This document shows positions 12,525-26,238 of a stretch of DNA of 64,000 bases, piece by piece. Below the pieces are notes generated by a model. That model was not told where the DNA came from, ran no database searches, and saw only the letters and a list, made by a program, of their open reading frames with translations. Both the position numbers and the translations under genes were made by a program. Where the stretch lies: NCBI GenBank assembly GCA_951406725.2, contig OX597820.1, positions 86,304,001 to 86,368,000 on the forward strand. The letters run 5' to 3'. The DNA comes from Octopus vulgaris (lineage: Eukaryota). The stretch's first letter is position 1, and each line of letters starts with the position of its first letter.

Positions 12525-12875
12525 AAAATTTGTCAGTGAATTTGTTAGACGGAAAGTGAAAAAAGACATATACACGTGTGTGTCTGTGTGTGTGTTTGTG
12601 TGTGTGTGTGTATGTCTGTGTGTGTGTGTGTGTGTGTGTGTACGAGTGTGTGTGAGTGTGTGTGTGTGTGTGTACCCCACTAACTCTTGACAACTGATGC
12701 TGGTGTATTTACGTCCCTGTAATATAGCGGTTCGGCAAAGAGCTCGATAGAATAAGTACTAAATTTTATGATAAGGTACGGAGGGTCGATTCATTGAACT
12801 AAAATTCCTCGAGGTGGTGCCCCAGCATGACTGCAGTCTAATGACTGAAGCAAGTAAACGATAAAAGGTGAAAGA
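12525..12875 (+). mobile_element. SINE family A, 5'-truncated
   Basis: gtgaatttgttagacggaaagtg, internal (TG)n, tail gtgccccagcatgactgcagtctaatgactgaag. Confidence 0.8.
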
Positions 12876-13192
12876 TATATTTTCCTTTCTTTTCTAGGTT
12901 ATTTAAATGCTTTACCAATTTATTTCTTTTATAGCATATTAAAATATAATATTAATATCCTCCAATCAGCTTCATTGAAAGCAGTTTCTGGGAAACAGTT
13001 TAGTAGTACATATGCACATCTTAAAACGTTATGATATGAGAAAGTAGAAAGACTAATGTGCGCCACGCGTGTATTCCTTCAAACAATAGGTTATAACATG
13101 TCATGTGCTTAGTGGATGTATGACAAAGTTTTAGGTGGTAATGTTTACTGTCACATTTTACAAAATTTTGGTTTTAATATACATCAAATGGA

Positions 13193-13370
13193 TGGTGGCG
13201 TAATCGTTAGCATGCGGGGTAAAATGCCTAGCCGCATATCGTTTATCTTTACGTTCTGAGATCAAATAGGCCAGGTCGATCATATAAGTACCAGTTGAAC
13301 ACTGGCGTGGACGTAATCGACTTAGCCTCTCTCCCAAAACTACTGGCCTTGTGCCCAAATTGTAAACTAA
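13193..13370 (+). mobile_element. SINE family B, internally deleted
   Basis: aatcgttagcatgcggggtaaaatgc...acgttctgagatcaaat...aagtaccagttgaacactgg. Confidence 0.7.
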
Positions 13371-13394
13371 TGTATATCAAAGGAGAACTTAAAT

Positions 13395-13670
13395 CCAGTA
13401 AGCTGTATACACCCAGATTAATGCTTTTTACACCAAGTATCAGTGAACCTCAAACCAGTAACCATGAGAAACTACTTCAGGATGTTGAGAGATACGATAA
13501 TCATAATATATCACATGGGGTGCGACTTGCAGATATGCTGGAATGATCCATGTTCATCTTTAAAATGGAATTATCCGGCAGATATAAAAAGACATGACTG
13601 TGTTTTACGATTGACTATTAGATCTCTTGATTATAGGAAACCTGATATATGCAGAGTTGTATATTGTAGA
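13395..13670 (+). mobile_element. R4/Dong-like LINE C-terminal remnant
   Basis: Translation contains KRHDCVLR and RKPDI, resembling the RHD and PD motifs of RLE-type LINEs. Confidence 0.45.
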
Positions 13671-13905
13671 AAATTTGGTCTTAGGGCTCAGTTTTGTTTG
13701 GATCACTCAGGTTGCAGATGCCATAACTATTACAAAGACAGAGAAAAGAATATTCATATTTGCAATTATAAGCAACGTTCTCAAGTAGAATACACACAGC
13801 CGCGCGAACACGCACATACAAACACTGACGCAAAAACACACAGAGACTAACACACCCATACACACACATACATGCATACATATACATATATACATATATA
13901 TATAT

Positions 13906-14310
13906 TGGCTGTGTGATAAGTAGGTTGCTCACTAACCACATGGTCCCAGGTTCAGTCCCACTGCGTGGCACTTTGGGCAAATGTCTTCTACTATAGCCTC
14001 GGGCCAACCAAAGGCTTGTGAGTGGATGTGGTAGACGGAAACTGGGAGAAGCCCGTCGTATATGTATATATATGTATGTGTGTATATGTTTGAGTGTCTG
14101 TGTTTGTCCCCTCCCCCAAACATCGCTTAAAACAGATGCTGGTGTGTTGACGTCCCCGCAACTTAGCAGTTCGGTATAAGAGACCGATAGAATAAGTACT
14201 AAACTTACAAAGAATAAGTCCCCGGGTCGAGTTGCTCGACTAAAGGCGGTGCTCCAGCACGGCCGCAGTCAAATGATTGCAACAACTAAAAGAGTAAAAG
14301 AGTAAAAGAG
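13906..14310 (+). mobile_element. tRNA-derived SINE family A, near full-length
   Basis: A box tggctgtgtgat, B box ggttcagtccc, CORE-like ctttgggcaaatg, internal TA/TG tract, (taaaagag)n tail. Confidence 0.92.
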
Positions 14311-14914
14311 AATGCTTATATATATATATATAGCAAATGTAGGTTCAATTATACTTCAATTGGCTACACGGCCACTTAGACCTGTTTTTGAACGCCAGCT
14401 AAAAGAAATTATTAGCGCATTGGTTGTTGATATGCGATAATGTAAATGAATTTAAATAGCTTTCAACGGATAATATAGAACGAATAAAGATTCGTTTTGC
14501 CAGGATTTTATTTCTTAATGCATTCTCTATAATAAACACATAAATAAATATATGAAATTATGATATCTGTAGTTACTGGCGTTATTTAGCAAATTCCCAA
14601 GGTGGAGTAGTTAGTCGGTGGAATGGCCTTCCTAGATATAACAGTAAAATGTGCCTAAACTCTCTCATACATAACAAAAATGAATGCACATTGCATAATT
14701 TAGTTTTAAATACACTATTTCTTAAATCACGGAATGAAATAATCAGCAATGGAAAGTATTTGATCAAATATAATTGTTTGTGTCATAAAGTGATTGTTAT
14801 GCTGATATTTTAAAACATGCTATTAACTACTAAATTTTCTTTAATATTCACGTGACACAAGGTAAGTAATCATTCTGGCTTACTCCAGTTCAGACATGAT
14901 CGATTAGAAGAAGA

Positions 14915-15170
14915 AGGCGCGGTGGAACAACCGCTAAGGACGAACTATATTAAATGTAGAACTGACTACACAACTGAGAGCGACAAATGGAAAATGTTTT
15001 GTGAGAGGAGTGAAACGGTATGGCACATTGTTAGTGAATGCCCAAAAGTGGCACAGTGTAAATATACAAGGCGACATGACAATGTGGCAGGAATGATTCA
15101 TTAGGAGCTCTGTAGAAAATAATGCCTACAAAGACCAAATCTCAGAAGTAACTGAGAAGGAAGACTACAA
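14915..15170 (+). mobile_element. R4/Dong-clade LINE fragment (CCHC knuckle)
   Basis: EQPLRTNYIKC...ETVWHIVSECPKVAQCKYTRRHDNVAGMIH*ELC. Confidence 0.88.
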
Positions 15171-15869
15171 AATCGATGAAAGGTATTCCAGCCATGCCTA
15201 TCCTGTTTTTACTCGCATATAGAAGTACATTAGCGAATTTATTTTCCTTTGTTTTGTTCTTATTTTTGTTTTCAATGCAGTGCGATTTGAGTTAGGCTTA
15301 ACTGTTATTTGCAGAAGGTCAAGTGGAAACCCGAATACTTCGTTTTTGCTCTACTTTTTATTAGTGAATATAACCTCTAATGAGATCAGATACCGTGATT
15401 GCCGTTGGCTTATGTCGTGGGTCTAAGAGCATTGTTAATTAGATTCATTAACTCCGTGGGTTTTACCAGCGGCTTTTATGTATTCCTGTGGTGCTGAATA
15501 TATTCCTGTAAAGCAGCATCTGACTTCAGAAGTAAATGTGCGTTTCTTTGTTGTTTTCAAAACAATTTTTACAAAACGAGGAAAAATATTTTTTAAGAAA
15601 ATAGAAAAATCCTCATACAAGATGGAGCTGGTGAGTTTGTTATTAGTTTCATAATGACAGCTGAAAGACTCATTAAAACATTATTAGTTATGGGAGAATG
15701 ACAAATATATAAATAAATAACTTTGGCAAACAGAGGAACATTCTAGAAATTAGAAATAGCGATATTTTGTATTTTTATTTAATACACGCAAACACGAAAG
15801 GAATATAAATGCTTGAAAAAGAAAGAAGTTTAAACAATAGATACACGTACATACCTGCAAACTAGACAA

Positions 15870-15996
15870 AGGCACGCACACACACACACACATGTGTACG
15901 GGAGTGTGTGCATGTGCGTGTGTGTGTGATTGTGTGTAAGTATATATATATATATAAATGTTGATATATATATATATATATATACACATATATATA

Positions 15997-16040
<44 letters not shown>

Positions 16041-16130
16041 TATATATATACACACATATATGTTTATATATAAGTATGCGCGTGTGTTTGTATGTAAGTA
16101 TATATATATTAAAATATATATGAATATATT

Positions 16131-16167
<37 letters not shown>

Positions 16168-16350
16168 CTGCATATATGTAAATATACACATGTATGTATA
16201 AGTATACATGTAAGTATATATACACACACATATATACACATGATACAGAGACATATGTATACATATATTAATATATGTGTCTGTAAGTGTCTGTGTATGT
16301 TTTTATGTTACGTATGCATGCATGTATGTATTTATGTATGTATGTATATT
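15870..16350. repeat. Degenerate (TA)n/(TG)n region
   Basis: Direct reading. Confidence 0.9.
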
Positions 16351-16874
16351 CAATTAATTCTCAATAAAATATCGAGAATTCAGTTCAATAAAGAACTCAA
16401 TGAATTGTAAATTTAGAATATATATTCTTTTATTCACAATATATGATCTTACAGCATACGTAAAATATTTCAGTGTATTGACTACATCTCATTGGTTGGC
16501 TTCTATGACTTTAGAATATTTACCCAATCTACAATTGAATTTTCATTGACTATTCGAATACCTATACCCGTGTTCTAGCTGGAAGATAAAATATATTTTT
16601 TGAATAGAACTAGTTGAATAGAACCAGGAATCCAGTGAATGTGTATAAGAAAATCGAGTAGAACAATCCAAACTTCAACTTAAGAAACCCTCCTCAAGCA
16701 GCATTTCTGCTCATGATATATAAGTATCAATTATTGTCGTATACTTGATACTAATATAGTTAAACTTTTCTATTCACATACACGCAATTTCATTTAATGT
16801 TGCCAAAATAGTAGATGATGAGGTAGTTAATAACATATATAGATTAATAACGTGTACCCTCAAATAACTACACC

Positions 16875-16892
16875 ATTATTATTATTATTAAA

Positions 16893-16951
<59 letters not shown>

Positions 16952-17300
16952 CATTATTATTATTGAGTGAGAGAGCAGAGCATGCCATCAAAGTGACACT
17001 GGGGTAAAATATACGAAGCCCAATATACCCATCATGACTACTCGTTTCATAAGGGTACACTAGACACATGCATCACAATGATATGTGCGCGACATAGTGA
17101 TCTCATATCAAAATAAACAGCACATGACCTTGCAGGTGAGGCCCAGTTAGAATTTTCTTCTGGTCGAGTAACCAATCCCACTCAAAAGGTCCTTGAATAA
17201 TGGTTGTTTAAGGGTGTTAACCAAACACCCATGTTTCCAGAAGTGAATAATTCAAACTGCCAAAGAATCCCCCTCAACACATGGCCATGACGCTCCCCCC
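16875..17300 (-). mobile_element. Dispersed repeat with (AAT)n tail, probable LINE 3' UTR, copy 1
   Basis: Closely similar to 20495-20790 (ccatcaaagtgacactgg, catgaccttgcaggtg, cccagttagaattttcttc); both copies abut (ATT)n at the same end. Confidence 0.8.
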
Positions 17301-17315
17301 AAATTATTATTATTA

Positions 17316-17349
<34 letters not shown>

Positions 17350-17364
17350 CATCATCATCATTTT

Positions 17365-18050
17365 CTCTTTTCATAGGTTATGTTAGAGCTCCTGGAGTCT
17401 TGCATGCGTAGCGGGCTTATTACATGAAGCCTACGGTACCATGCTACTCATTCTATCTAATACATTGCAGATTATCTGGCCGTGCCAAGGAGGAAGACCT
17501 TTGTAACAGTTCTACTAGGCACTCTATTCCAATTTCCTTTATATTATTCTTTACGCTTTCTTATACTTTTCCCAAGGACCCAGTAATAATTGGCCCTATC
17601 TTCACCTCCTTCACTTTCTATAGCCAGGCTATTTCGTATTTAAAATTTTGCATCCATCTTTTCACCTGCCTTCTTGACTATTCGTGGGCCAAAGGGGAAG
17701 ACAACGTCAACTATATAGCGTATGTGGTGTAACTTGTCCACGACCCCTAGGTCCGGTCTGTTAAGCTCTAAGATCTGTTTGGATTGGGAAATCCCAGAGG
17801 ATTTTGCAAGTCTCCGACTCTGTCCCTCTTTGAGGTTTGTGCTCATACCACGTCTTGCTTCTCTGCAGCCTAAACTTTTCGCACAGTCTTCAATGAAGCA
17901 CTTTCACTACCTGGTCGTGTCGCTACAACTTGTAGTAGTTTTGGGGAAAGCCTAGGACTTTCGTTCGTGATATAAGCAATGGTTTCATCCACTCTATTGT
18001 AGATGCTGCACAGCGGAAACAGTTGCTCATTATGAACGAGGGAGCATTGA
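17365..18050 (-). mobile_element. R4/Dong-clade LINE 3' portion (CCHC + RLE endonuclease)
   Basis: PLCSIYNRVDETIAYITNESPRL...RHDQVVKVLH*RLC, NRPDLGVVDK, YIVDVVFP; trinucleotide tail below 17365. Confidence 0.85.
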
Positions 18051-18054
18051 CAGC

Positions 18055-18320
18055 AGACAAAAAAGGGAATACTTCAAGCAAATACGAATGGTAGTGTAGG
18101 GAGAAAGGTCAATTCTTTCATATGCTGCAAAACACAGTGCCAAGGCTTTCTATATGAGAGAAAAGTGTAGTGTGCTTCAGATCAACGCTGCTATCAACAC
18201 CCAAATATCTACAACCGAGACAACCGAAGCAAGAGAAAAACCCAATACAGGTTTCCTCAGGAGAAATAGAGCTGCAAATAAGACACAAGAAATTAGCAGA
18301 GAGGAAGCTCGTCTGTAAGT
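18055..18320 (+). mobile_element. Inverted upstream segment of the same R4-like LINE
   Basis: Degenerate EKP.HG.FLR-like (gaaaaacccaatacaggtttcctcagg) and RGKL-like motifs that precede the CCHC region in R4. Confidence 0.45.
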
Positions 18321-18349
18321 AGCTAACGCCTATATTACCTTCCTAATAA

Positions 18350-18545
18350 TGGTTTCAAATTTTAGCACAATGCCAGTAGCTTCACGGAAGAGGGTAAGTC
18401 GATTACACCATCCCTAGTGTTCTGCTGCTGCTTATTTTATCTACCTCGAAATGATGAAAGTTGACTTTGACAGAATTTGAAATCAGAACAGAGAGACGGA
18501 CGAAATGACGAAAAGTAGTTCTGCCAGCCTGCCATCTTGCCTTCG
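18350..18545 (-). mobile_element. SINE family B, old degenerate copy
   Basis: ggtttcaaattttagcacaa...gatgaaagttgactttgacagaatttgaaatcagaac. Confidence 0.65.
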
Positions 18546-18799
18546 TAATAATAAAATGCTCAGCAGGGAGCAGTATATTGCTTTCAAGTTTCTTTAATTG
18601 AAAAAGAAGGTACCACAGCTCAGATAAACCATCTACCGCCTATATTCGTCTGTAGTGGTTTTTAGATGTTGCTGATGATGTGCAGGCATGAAGTGAGGCT
18701 GACAGACATAAATAAATACCCACATCAATGTGACGGTTACGTCGACTACAAAGGTAACAATGATCTAGTGTAAGTGCCAATCGTAAGACACTTTATTCC

Positions 18800-19750
18800 A
18801 CGCTTGTGACAGACTGAGATACAAATGTTAGATACACACACTAACAATGCAATCAGCGATATAACAACTCGCACATTCTACAGAGAATTTGTTGAGAGTA
18901 TGAGCGATGTTAGCCGGATAACGGCTCTGAGCATCGACGGTGACAGTCAAACCAATCTGTCCTGGAGGATATTTAAGTCAAGGACTCTGAATAACTTCCA
19001 AAGTTCTGTACATGATAGTGCTTATTAGGCGGGAGTGTTACCTGTTCAAGAGAAGCTCTGCGGGCATGGAATTGTCCACGACTGGATCTAAATGAGGCGT
19101 GAATAGAGCGATGAAAACGTTGTGTACGCTATCGTCCAACAGTATTTGTACATTATCGATCGGTGGGCTGGTGTGGAACAGCTACCGTTGCTTGTTGGAC
19201 GAATCCAGTTATTAGCCGGGTAAATTCTGAAAATCGATGGGCCAACTTTGACAAGAAAGGGGAGCTGCTAATTTTCATCTTCCTAGTGGTGCAGAAAAAA
19301 AAGTGGTATGGTGGAGTAATTTGAAAGATTTGAAGTCAAGCGTTTACAGTTTCATATCAATGGATGTATTCTTTGTTGCCTACGACTGGGCTGCTTGAGA
19401 TACTGAGATCAATTGTTTCTTCCCCATCTCCGCATAATCTGCAGTTATTCTATTCTGATACATTATATGATTTTTGTGGATTCCTGCGGGAAGGCTTTGG
19501 TCCTGTGCCGTAATCGATACCGCTACTTTGATTCTAACGCTGTTTATCGAGTATTTGGATTTTTATTTATTTTTTTACTCTCTGTTCATCTCGGCTTTTC
19601 CTCTCTGATCATGTACGGCCTTTTTTGACATCGTTTAGATCTACAATGTCTTATTATTTGTTGTTGCTTTTCCGTTTCCCTTTCATATATCTGTTCTTAC
19701 TGTCTCTGTTTTGTATCCCCCCTCCCGCCCACACTGAAGATAAAACACAT
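18800..19750 (+). mobile_element. L1/Tx1-clade LINE 3' remnant (zf-RVT region and probable 3' UTR)
   Basis: SWRIFKSRTLNNFQS...GVLPVQEKLCGHG...DENVVYAIVQ resembles the zf-RVT domain; T-rich tail follows. Confidence 0.6.
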
Positions 19751-19859
19751 TTTGTTTTTTATTTTCTATGTTTCGTAGGAAATTGTTTTAATTTTCCATG
19801 GCTCTGTGTTAGACATTTCTGAATTTCTAGAGTGGGTGTTTTGTAATAGTTTTCTAGTC

Positions 19860-20420
19860 GTATCAGGTTTCTACTTTTGGTATTCGATGTAAATATTCTC
19901 CTTTAATATCAGGTTTTCGGAGCTTTATTCTAAGTTGTTCAGCGTCCAGTTGAGAATATTAAGCTGTAGTTTATGCCTGGAACATCTAGATTATTGATGC
20001 GTCACATTATGTTTTATATTTAGTTCTGTTTTAAGTATTTGTTTCATGTATCTGTTCTATTCCTCCCTAATATCATCTTCTGTTTGTGTGTGCTGTACAT
20101 TATCTCGTTCATTGATTCTTAAATATGTGTATGCCAGTATTTGGTCCGTTTTTCTAATCTCATTGTCTTTAGCTCGTACGATACTAGCGTTTTTAATTAA
20201 TTTTCTACTCTTCAAGGTCATTTTGGTGCATCTTTCTAAGCCGAATTTATATTTATTTATCAAATCGCTGTATAGTTGTAATAGTATTTTCAATTATTTA
20301 TCATTGGAAGTAAACTAGCGAAAATCATCCACATACAAAAGAAAGTTAACTATCTTGCCGTAACCTTTATTTTCACATCTGTTTCTATTTAGCATGTTGG
20401 TGAAAGGCGTCAACAGTTCA
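19860..20420 (-). mobile_element. R4/Dong-clade LINE RT fragment
   Basis: KFGLERCTKMTLKSRKL...AYTYLRINERDNVQH...IREE, matching FGLDKC and YKYLG motifs. Confidence 0.82.
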
Positions 20421-20479
20421 CAGAAAAAAAGTGGCCATAGGTAGTTATCTGAAATATTCCTCTTCTAATGACGATGGTT

Positions 20480-20955
20480 TTATTATTATTATTACTGTGA
20501 GAACAGTGCATACCATCAAAGTGACACTGGAGTAAAAGACATAAAGCCCAGTATACATGCATCACAGCCATAAGTGCATGACATGGTGATCTCATATCAA
20601 GAAAAACAGAGCATGACCTTGCAGGTGGGGCCCAGTTAGAATTTTCTTCAGGTCGAGTAGCCCATCCCGCTCAAAAGATCCCTGAATAAGGGTTCTTTAA
20701 GGATTTTGAACATAGCATCCATGTTTCCAAAGGTGAATTAATCAAACCCCAAAGAATTCCTCTCAACACATGGCTATGATGCTTCCCCGTTATATCTGTT
20801 CATGATCAGAGATGCACATATCGTCAGTCACCAGCTCAGCTCGTTAAGATCAAACAATTGACAAGCAAATATGTTGTACTGAGCAGAATACTTGCTGTAG
20901 CCCATTTCTTATACCAAGACACAACAATGTACATGATAACGCTTCCAATCAGTTA
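20480..20955 (-). mobile_element. Dispersed repeat with (AAT)n tail, copy 2 (longer)
   Basis: Homologous to 16965-17300. Confidence 0.8.
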
Positions 20956-20976
20956 TCATTATTATTATTGTTGTTC

Positions 20977-21044
<68 letters not shown>

Positions 21045-21199
21045 GCTGTTGTTGTTGTTGTTGTTAGCCATCGTTGCTATCACTGTGGAGTGCGTTGTGC
21101 ATTGTGAGCAGCTTTCTAGTTCTATCCAAGTTATGTAGCTCGAGCTTTGTGCATTTCAGAAGTGGAATAGAGCATTTGAATACTGGCAGACCCCTTTAG

Positions 21200-22280
21200 C
21201 TGTGGCTTTAATAATGTTCCCTCCATTTAATTTTATTCCGTACGCCTTCCTAATTCTTCTCTTGCTCTCTTTAGTAAATTTCTTTCAAATTCTTTCTCCT
21301 ATCACCCTATCGTCATGCAACATTCCGACTTATTTGCATCTCTCATCATTCCACAGCGATCTAATAATGATGTTTTGTGATAATTGTATGCCATCCGATT
21401 TTATCTTCCGACCTGTCGTCATCATTAGTACTCCGTAATCATTTACCTCAATCTACATTCACAATATCTTTACTGAATAGTCACACTGCTTGAATCAAAG
21501 AATTCAGGATCTCTTTCATTTTTTATATATAGCTCGAGGTCATCCGTATAAAGTGGGTGATTTATTTTTATCTTGGCTTTAGTAAACTCATAAGCAGACC
21601 TAGATTTTCTCAGTGTGTTTGTCAGAGGGATTAATGCAATGACAAATACCCTACATATTTTCACGTTACCTATCGGCTCATTTTCACATGCCAGTTCTAC
21701 TTCTTATACTTTGACCAAAAAGTTGTTTATCATCTCAGTAACTTTGAGTGTCCTCAGAAACTCCAAGAGCCAATTCTGTTAGATATCGTCGTAAGCCTTC
21801 CTGCAATCTAATCCATCAAACAGTGAAATTCTGTTTTCGTATTCGTACCTCATTTAATATTCCACTATCTATTTGTATATATAGCAGATCAACAGTTCCC
21901 TCTGATTTCTTTCCACATCATTTTTGATACCCCTTTTCAAGAAAAAAATATGTACTTTTCAAGAAAAAAATATGTACTTAATTTGCTATGAGGCTAGTTA
22001 TTAACTTCCAGAGTTGTGGTGAACAATAAATAAGTCTACAGTTGCTGGCTTACTCCCCCTTTTCTTTGTCCTCCTGTATCAGCATTGTCCTTCCTATTGT
22101 CATTTATGCTGGTAATCCATATTCTATGCAGTCGTATGTAACTGAGTACACGTCTGTGATATTTGGGCCAGAAACACTAAACACTATCTGATCCAGGGGG
22201 CTACTCAGTTTCGTATTTTCTTCATCACTTTTTTCACTACCTTATACATAAAAACTGTATTTCCTTGTGTCACTCCGTCT
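21200..22280 (-). mobile_element. R4/Dong-clade LINE RT fragment
   Basis: FVIALIPLTNTLRKS...KINHPLYTDDLELYIKNE (YxDD motif); upstream PTTLEVNN/GRTMLIQ-like pieces. Confidence 0.85.
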
Positions 22281-22440
22281 TCTATTTCTCTTTTAAATTG
22301 CCACAACCAGTATGCTTTTTATTATATCCAATTTCTTCTCCTCCCACTCCTCCTGCCACCTCCTCCCCCACCTCCTCCTCCTCCTCTTCCTCCATCTTCT
22401 TGTCGCTGGTGTTACAAAAATTTATATGAATATAAGTAGC

Positions 22441-23350
22441 AACTAGGAAACAAATTTCGTTTTTTTTTTGGTCTATTGAATTAGATTTGACAGCTCTAGG
22501 TAATTTTGATGAGCTGAGCACAAATTTTGCTTCGGTTTTGCCCTATCAGGTTCTGATTTGGGGTGATAAGTTTTTAGAAAATTCATAAAAGCAAGTTTCT
22601 CGTCGCTTTTGTTAACGCTTTTCCAAACTCCAACAAACAGGCGCCTGGCACACTTCGCTCCGTGCATTCTTATACATGTACTCATGTGCAAATAAGTTTA
22701 ACTTTAAATAGAAATCAGGAAGGTGAATTTAATATCGAATGTGAGTCAGAGAAGAATGGTTCAACTGAATCTAACTTAATTGCGTTACGAGAACTATTTT
22801 GTTTGTGTCAAAAAGAACCTTTTGACACAATTTTTGACAATGTTTTTTTCCATACAGGTGTGGCAAGGCCTACTAGCCATGAGAACGATTGCTACTTTTA
22901 CTCTGTCAAGTCATCAGGCTTCACTATATAAGCATTTGTATCAGCATATATAAGCATTGCATCAAGTATCCAAATTTCGACACCGCGTTATGACCTGTAC
23001 TACATTCAAATGAATTCCCTATTCCAATATTTAAGAGTCCACCACCCCAAGAATTAGTGGAAGATGTTCTAGAAAATATTGTTATGCACAGAGATGTCTG
23101 ACATTGATTTTGACTCCAGCGTATTTGAAACTCAAAATGATCCGCAAAAGTTTAACAAGGCCGAGCTGAATAATCTTTAAACTTGCCAGAAAAAGGCTGC
23201 GGAAATTTAGCTTCAAGAAAAACTTGCTTGCTTCAAACACATACATTACATTTTACAGAAAAAGAGAGCTCCTTAAATATTTCAGAAAAGATGAGAGTTT
23301 AGTATATCGCTGTGACATACCTGGTTTGCTACAGGAGTTGGGGTTGCAAC
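22441..23350 (+). mobile_element. Chapaev3-like (CMC) DNA transposon, 5' remnant
   Basis: RPTSHENDCYF, IKYPN, PQKFNKAELNN, LVYRCDIPGLLQELG motifs recalled from this family; terminus aactaggaaacaaatttcg. Confidence 0.62.
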
Positions 23351-23409
23351 ATCTATAGTAATTACAACAACTGGTACCTCAACATCATACATAAAGTCCT
23401 TAACAACTC

Positions 23410-23880
23410 AACAACTTTCTTGGGGGTAAATCCCCAATAAAAGATACTGCATATACGTCTACAGACAGAATTCCGCACTTAATCAAGTCATATATTAACC
23501 AAAAGTTTTATACTTTTAAAACAATATATTATTAGCACACATACTCTTTTACAAACCCGGTTAGAAGAAACAAGAGTTCATGATAAAAAAACATATCAGC
23601 ACATTAGTTAGCGTCTATAGCGGAGCAAAGTGGTGCAGCGGAAATCCTGTCAGGAAAATAAGAAAACGATCTAATATTGAGAACACGTCACTACTAAAAC
23701 ATTGGCTATGCTTTTCAGCTATAGGTCAATATATTACCCGCAAATCCGAGTGGGCGGCTTCATTCTACTCAACTAGAATGGCAACATATATTTGATTGTA
23801 AACATTTCCACAAATACACACTCCCGTACACACATACACTACAAGATCCTTGATGGTGTACGTACTTCCAATCATGCCTA
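23410..23880 (+). mobile_element. Possible Penelope-like GIY-YIG region remnant
   Basis: SAIGQYITRKSEWA and LQTRLEE-like pieces; very degenerate. Confidence 0.3.
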
Positions 23881-23962
23881 AATCATATACTGAGTGCCAC
23901 GCACGCAAATAGGTGACATAGTATATTGTGTTTACTTGTTTGCTTCAGATAACCTGGATATA

Positions 23963-24368
23963 GGAGCAGGCGTGGATGTGTGATAAGAAGCTTACCACAT
24001 GGTTCTGGGTTCGGTCCCATTGCGTGATACTTTGGACAAGTGCCTTTTATTATAGCCTCGGGCCAACCTAACAGTTTGTGAGTGGATTTGGGAGACGGAA
24101 AATGAAAGGAGCCCGTCGGATATATATGTGTATGTGTGTGTGAGAGAGAGAGAGAGAGAGAGGGAGAGTGTGTGTGTGAGAGAGAGAGTGTATGTTTGTG
24201 TGTGTTTGTGTCTATGACCCTCGCTACTACTTGACAACTGTTGTTGACATGTTTACGCCGCTTTAACGTAGTGCTTCGATAGAATAAGTACCATTCGACT
24301 AAAATTTCTTCAAGGAGGTGCTCTAACATGACCGCAGTCTAACGACTTAAGCAATATTAAAGATAACA
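23963..24368 (+). mobile_element. SINE family A
   Basis: Same head, body and tail as 13906; internal (GA)n/(TG)n. Confidence 0.88.
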
Positions 24369-25664
24369 GATACTCCCAGGGAGCCATTATTATTCCATCC
24401 TGACAAGCAGCAATGCATAAACATTTCCTTTTATAAAACAATTAATATAAAATATTCTGTTATGCTTTAGAATAATATCACACATCAAATAACAAAACTA
24501 TTTATTTCTTATAGAGAGACGAGCAATTTGAAGCTGAACTTTTGACACGACACTGCCCGCATATGATATTTGCCATAACGCGTTAAGGCAAGCACTGTTT
24601 GCAAGATTTTGTATTTTAATCAGTATATTTTATACGTACTGAGATATTCACTTTCATTTCCAGGCATTAAAGAGATGTCTTTCACTAAATTTCTCTAAAT
24701 CCTGTGTATAGACATTGACTTTAATGTATTTATTAGTTACGGAATAAATGTTTCATTTATCTATTGCTTGGATATTGCCAAGAGTTTACCGTAGCATCAT
24801 CCTCTATTAATATATTTAAGGAGACATATTGTTATTTGGAGTTCTATATCATTTTATTTATGTACATTTACGTCACTTTTATTTATACCCTTGCAGATTT
24901 ACAACATTTACATGAATATTTGCATGGATATACACGTTGTCCAAACGTATGTGTATACTATTAAGTGTTGGTTCATTATGTTTATATATGTACGTATGTA
25001 TGAATGTTTGCGTGTTAATGTGCATCTGGCTTTCGACATTTGTCTCTACATCCACCGATATTGTTATCTATTGTCAAACATGATGTGTATATGTGCGGCA
25101 ATGCGCATAATCTCTTCCCTGGTTGATGTATAGGACTTAACAGTGTGGCAGTACAGCAGAGTGGTGTAATATGTTAGTTATTATATCCCCATAATTCCAC
25201 AACAGTCACCTCAAAAAAAATTCTTAGCCCTTAACTCTTTCATTTCAACAGCTATGAAAAGAAACCTGCAACATTTATATTTACACTTGCGCAATAGGCA
25301 TGACTCTAATATATCAATTTGTTACCTTAATTCTCTTCATCCGTATTTTTGTAATTTGCAAAATACGAAGCTAACCTAAACCTAAAGCATTTACAGAATA
25401 CTGGCAACATTAACCGAACTATAACAAGCGATAAACAACATCAAGAAAATGGAATATTTTATAATAGAAAGCTATGTAGACGGAGAATATGAACCTGACA
25501 ATAACATATAGGTCGTTTTGCTCAATCATTAAAAAACTAACACCCTAAATAATTCAAAACATACACAAAAATAAATATCACCTGGATAAACGAAATAATA
25601 TATTCAGCACCTCTGATTGATAGAAAAAAATAGGAACATCCTTATATATATTTATATAAGAATA

Positions 25665-25870
25665 TTGGTTTCAAATGTTTGCACAAGGCCAGCAATTTAG
25701 GGAGAGAGGTTCATCGACCCCAGTTTCCTATTGGTACTTATTTAATCGACTTCAAAAGAATAAAGGGCAAAGTCGACCTCGGTGGAATTTGAACTCAGAA
25801 CGTAAAGACGGATGAAATGTTGCTAAACATTTTGTCTGGTGTGCTAATGATTCTGTCAAATCACCGCCTC
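25665..25870 (-). mobile_element. SINE family B
   Basis: ggcaaagtcgacctcggtggaatttgaactcagaacgtaaagacgg. Confidence 0.82.
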
Positions 25871-26026
25871 ACTCATATAGGAACCTTAAAAACAAGAACG
25901 GAGGAAACGAGCATAAGGAAGAAAACAGATATTAAAATGAAATATTCTTAAGGAAATCATTACTCAATAAACACAATTCAATAAATAAACGAGAGACAAA
26001 TACTACAGAAATGTAGCAAAATTGAA

Positions 26027-26189
26027 GGTGCACAAGTGGCTGTGTGGTAAGTAACTTGCTTACTAGCCACATGGTTCTGGGAACAGACCCATTGCGTTGC
26101 ACATTTGGCAAGTGTCTTTTACTATAGCCTCGGGCCGAGTAAAGCCTTGTGAGTGGATTTAGTAGACGGAAACTGAAAGAAGCCTGTCG

Positions 26190-26238
<49 letters not shown>

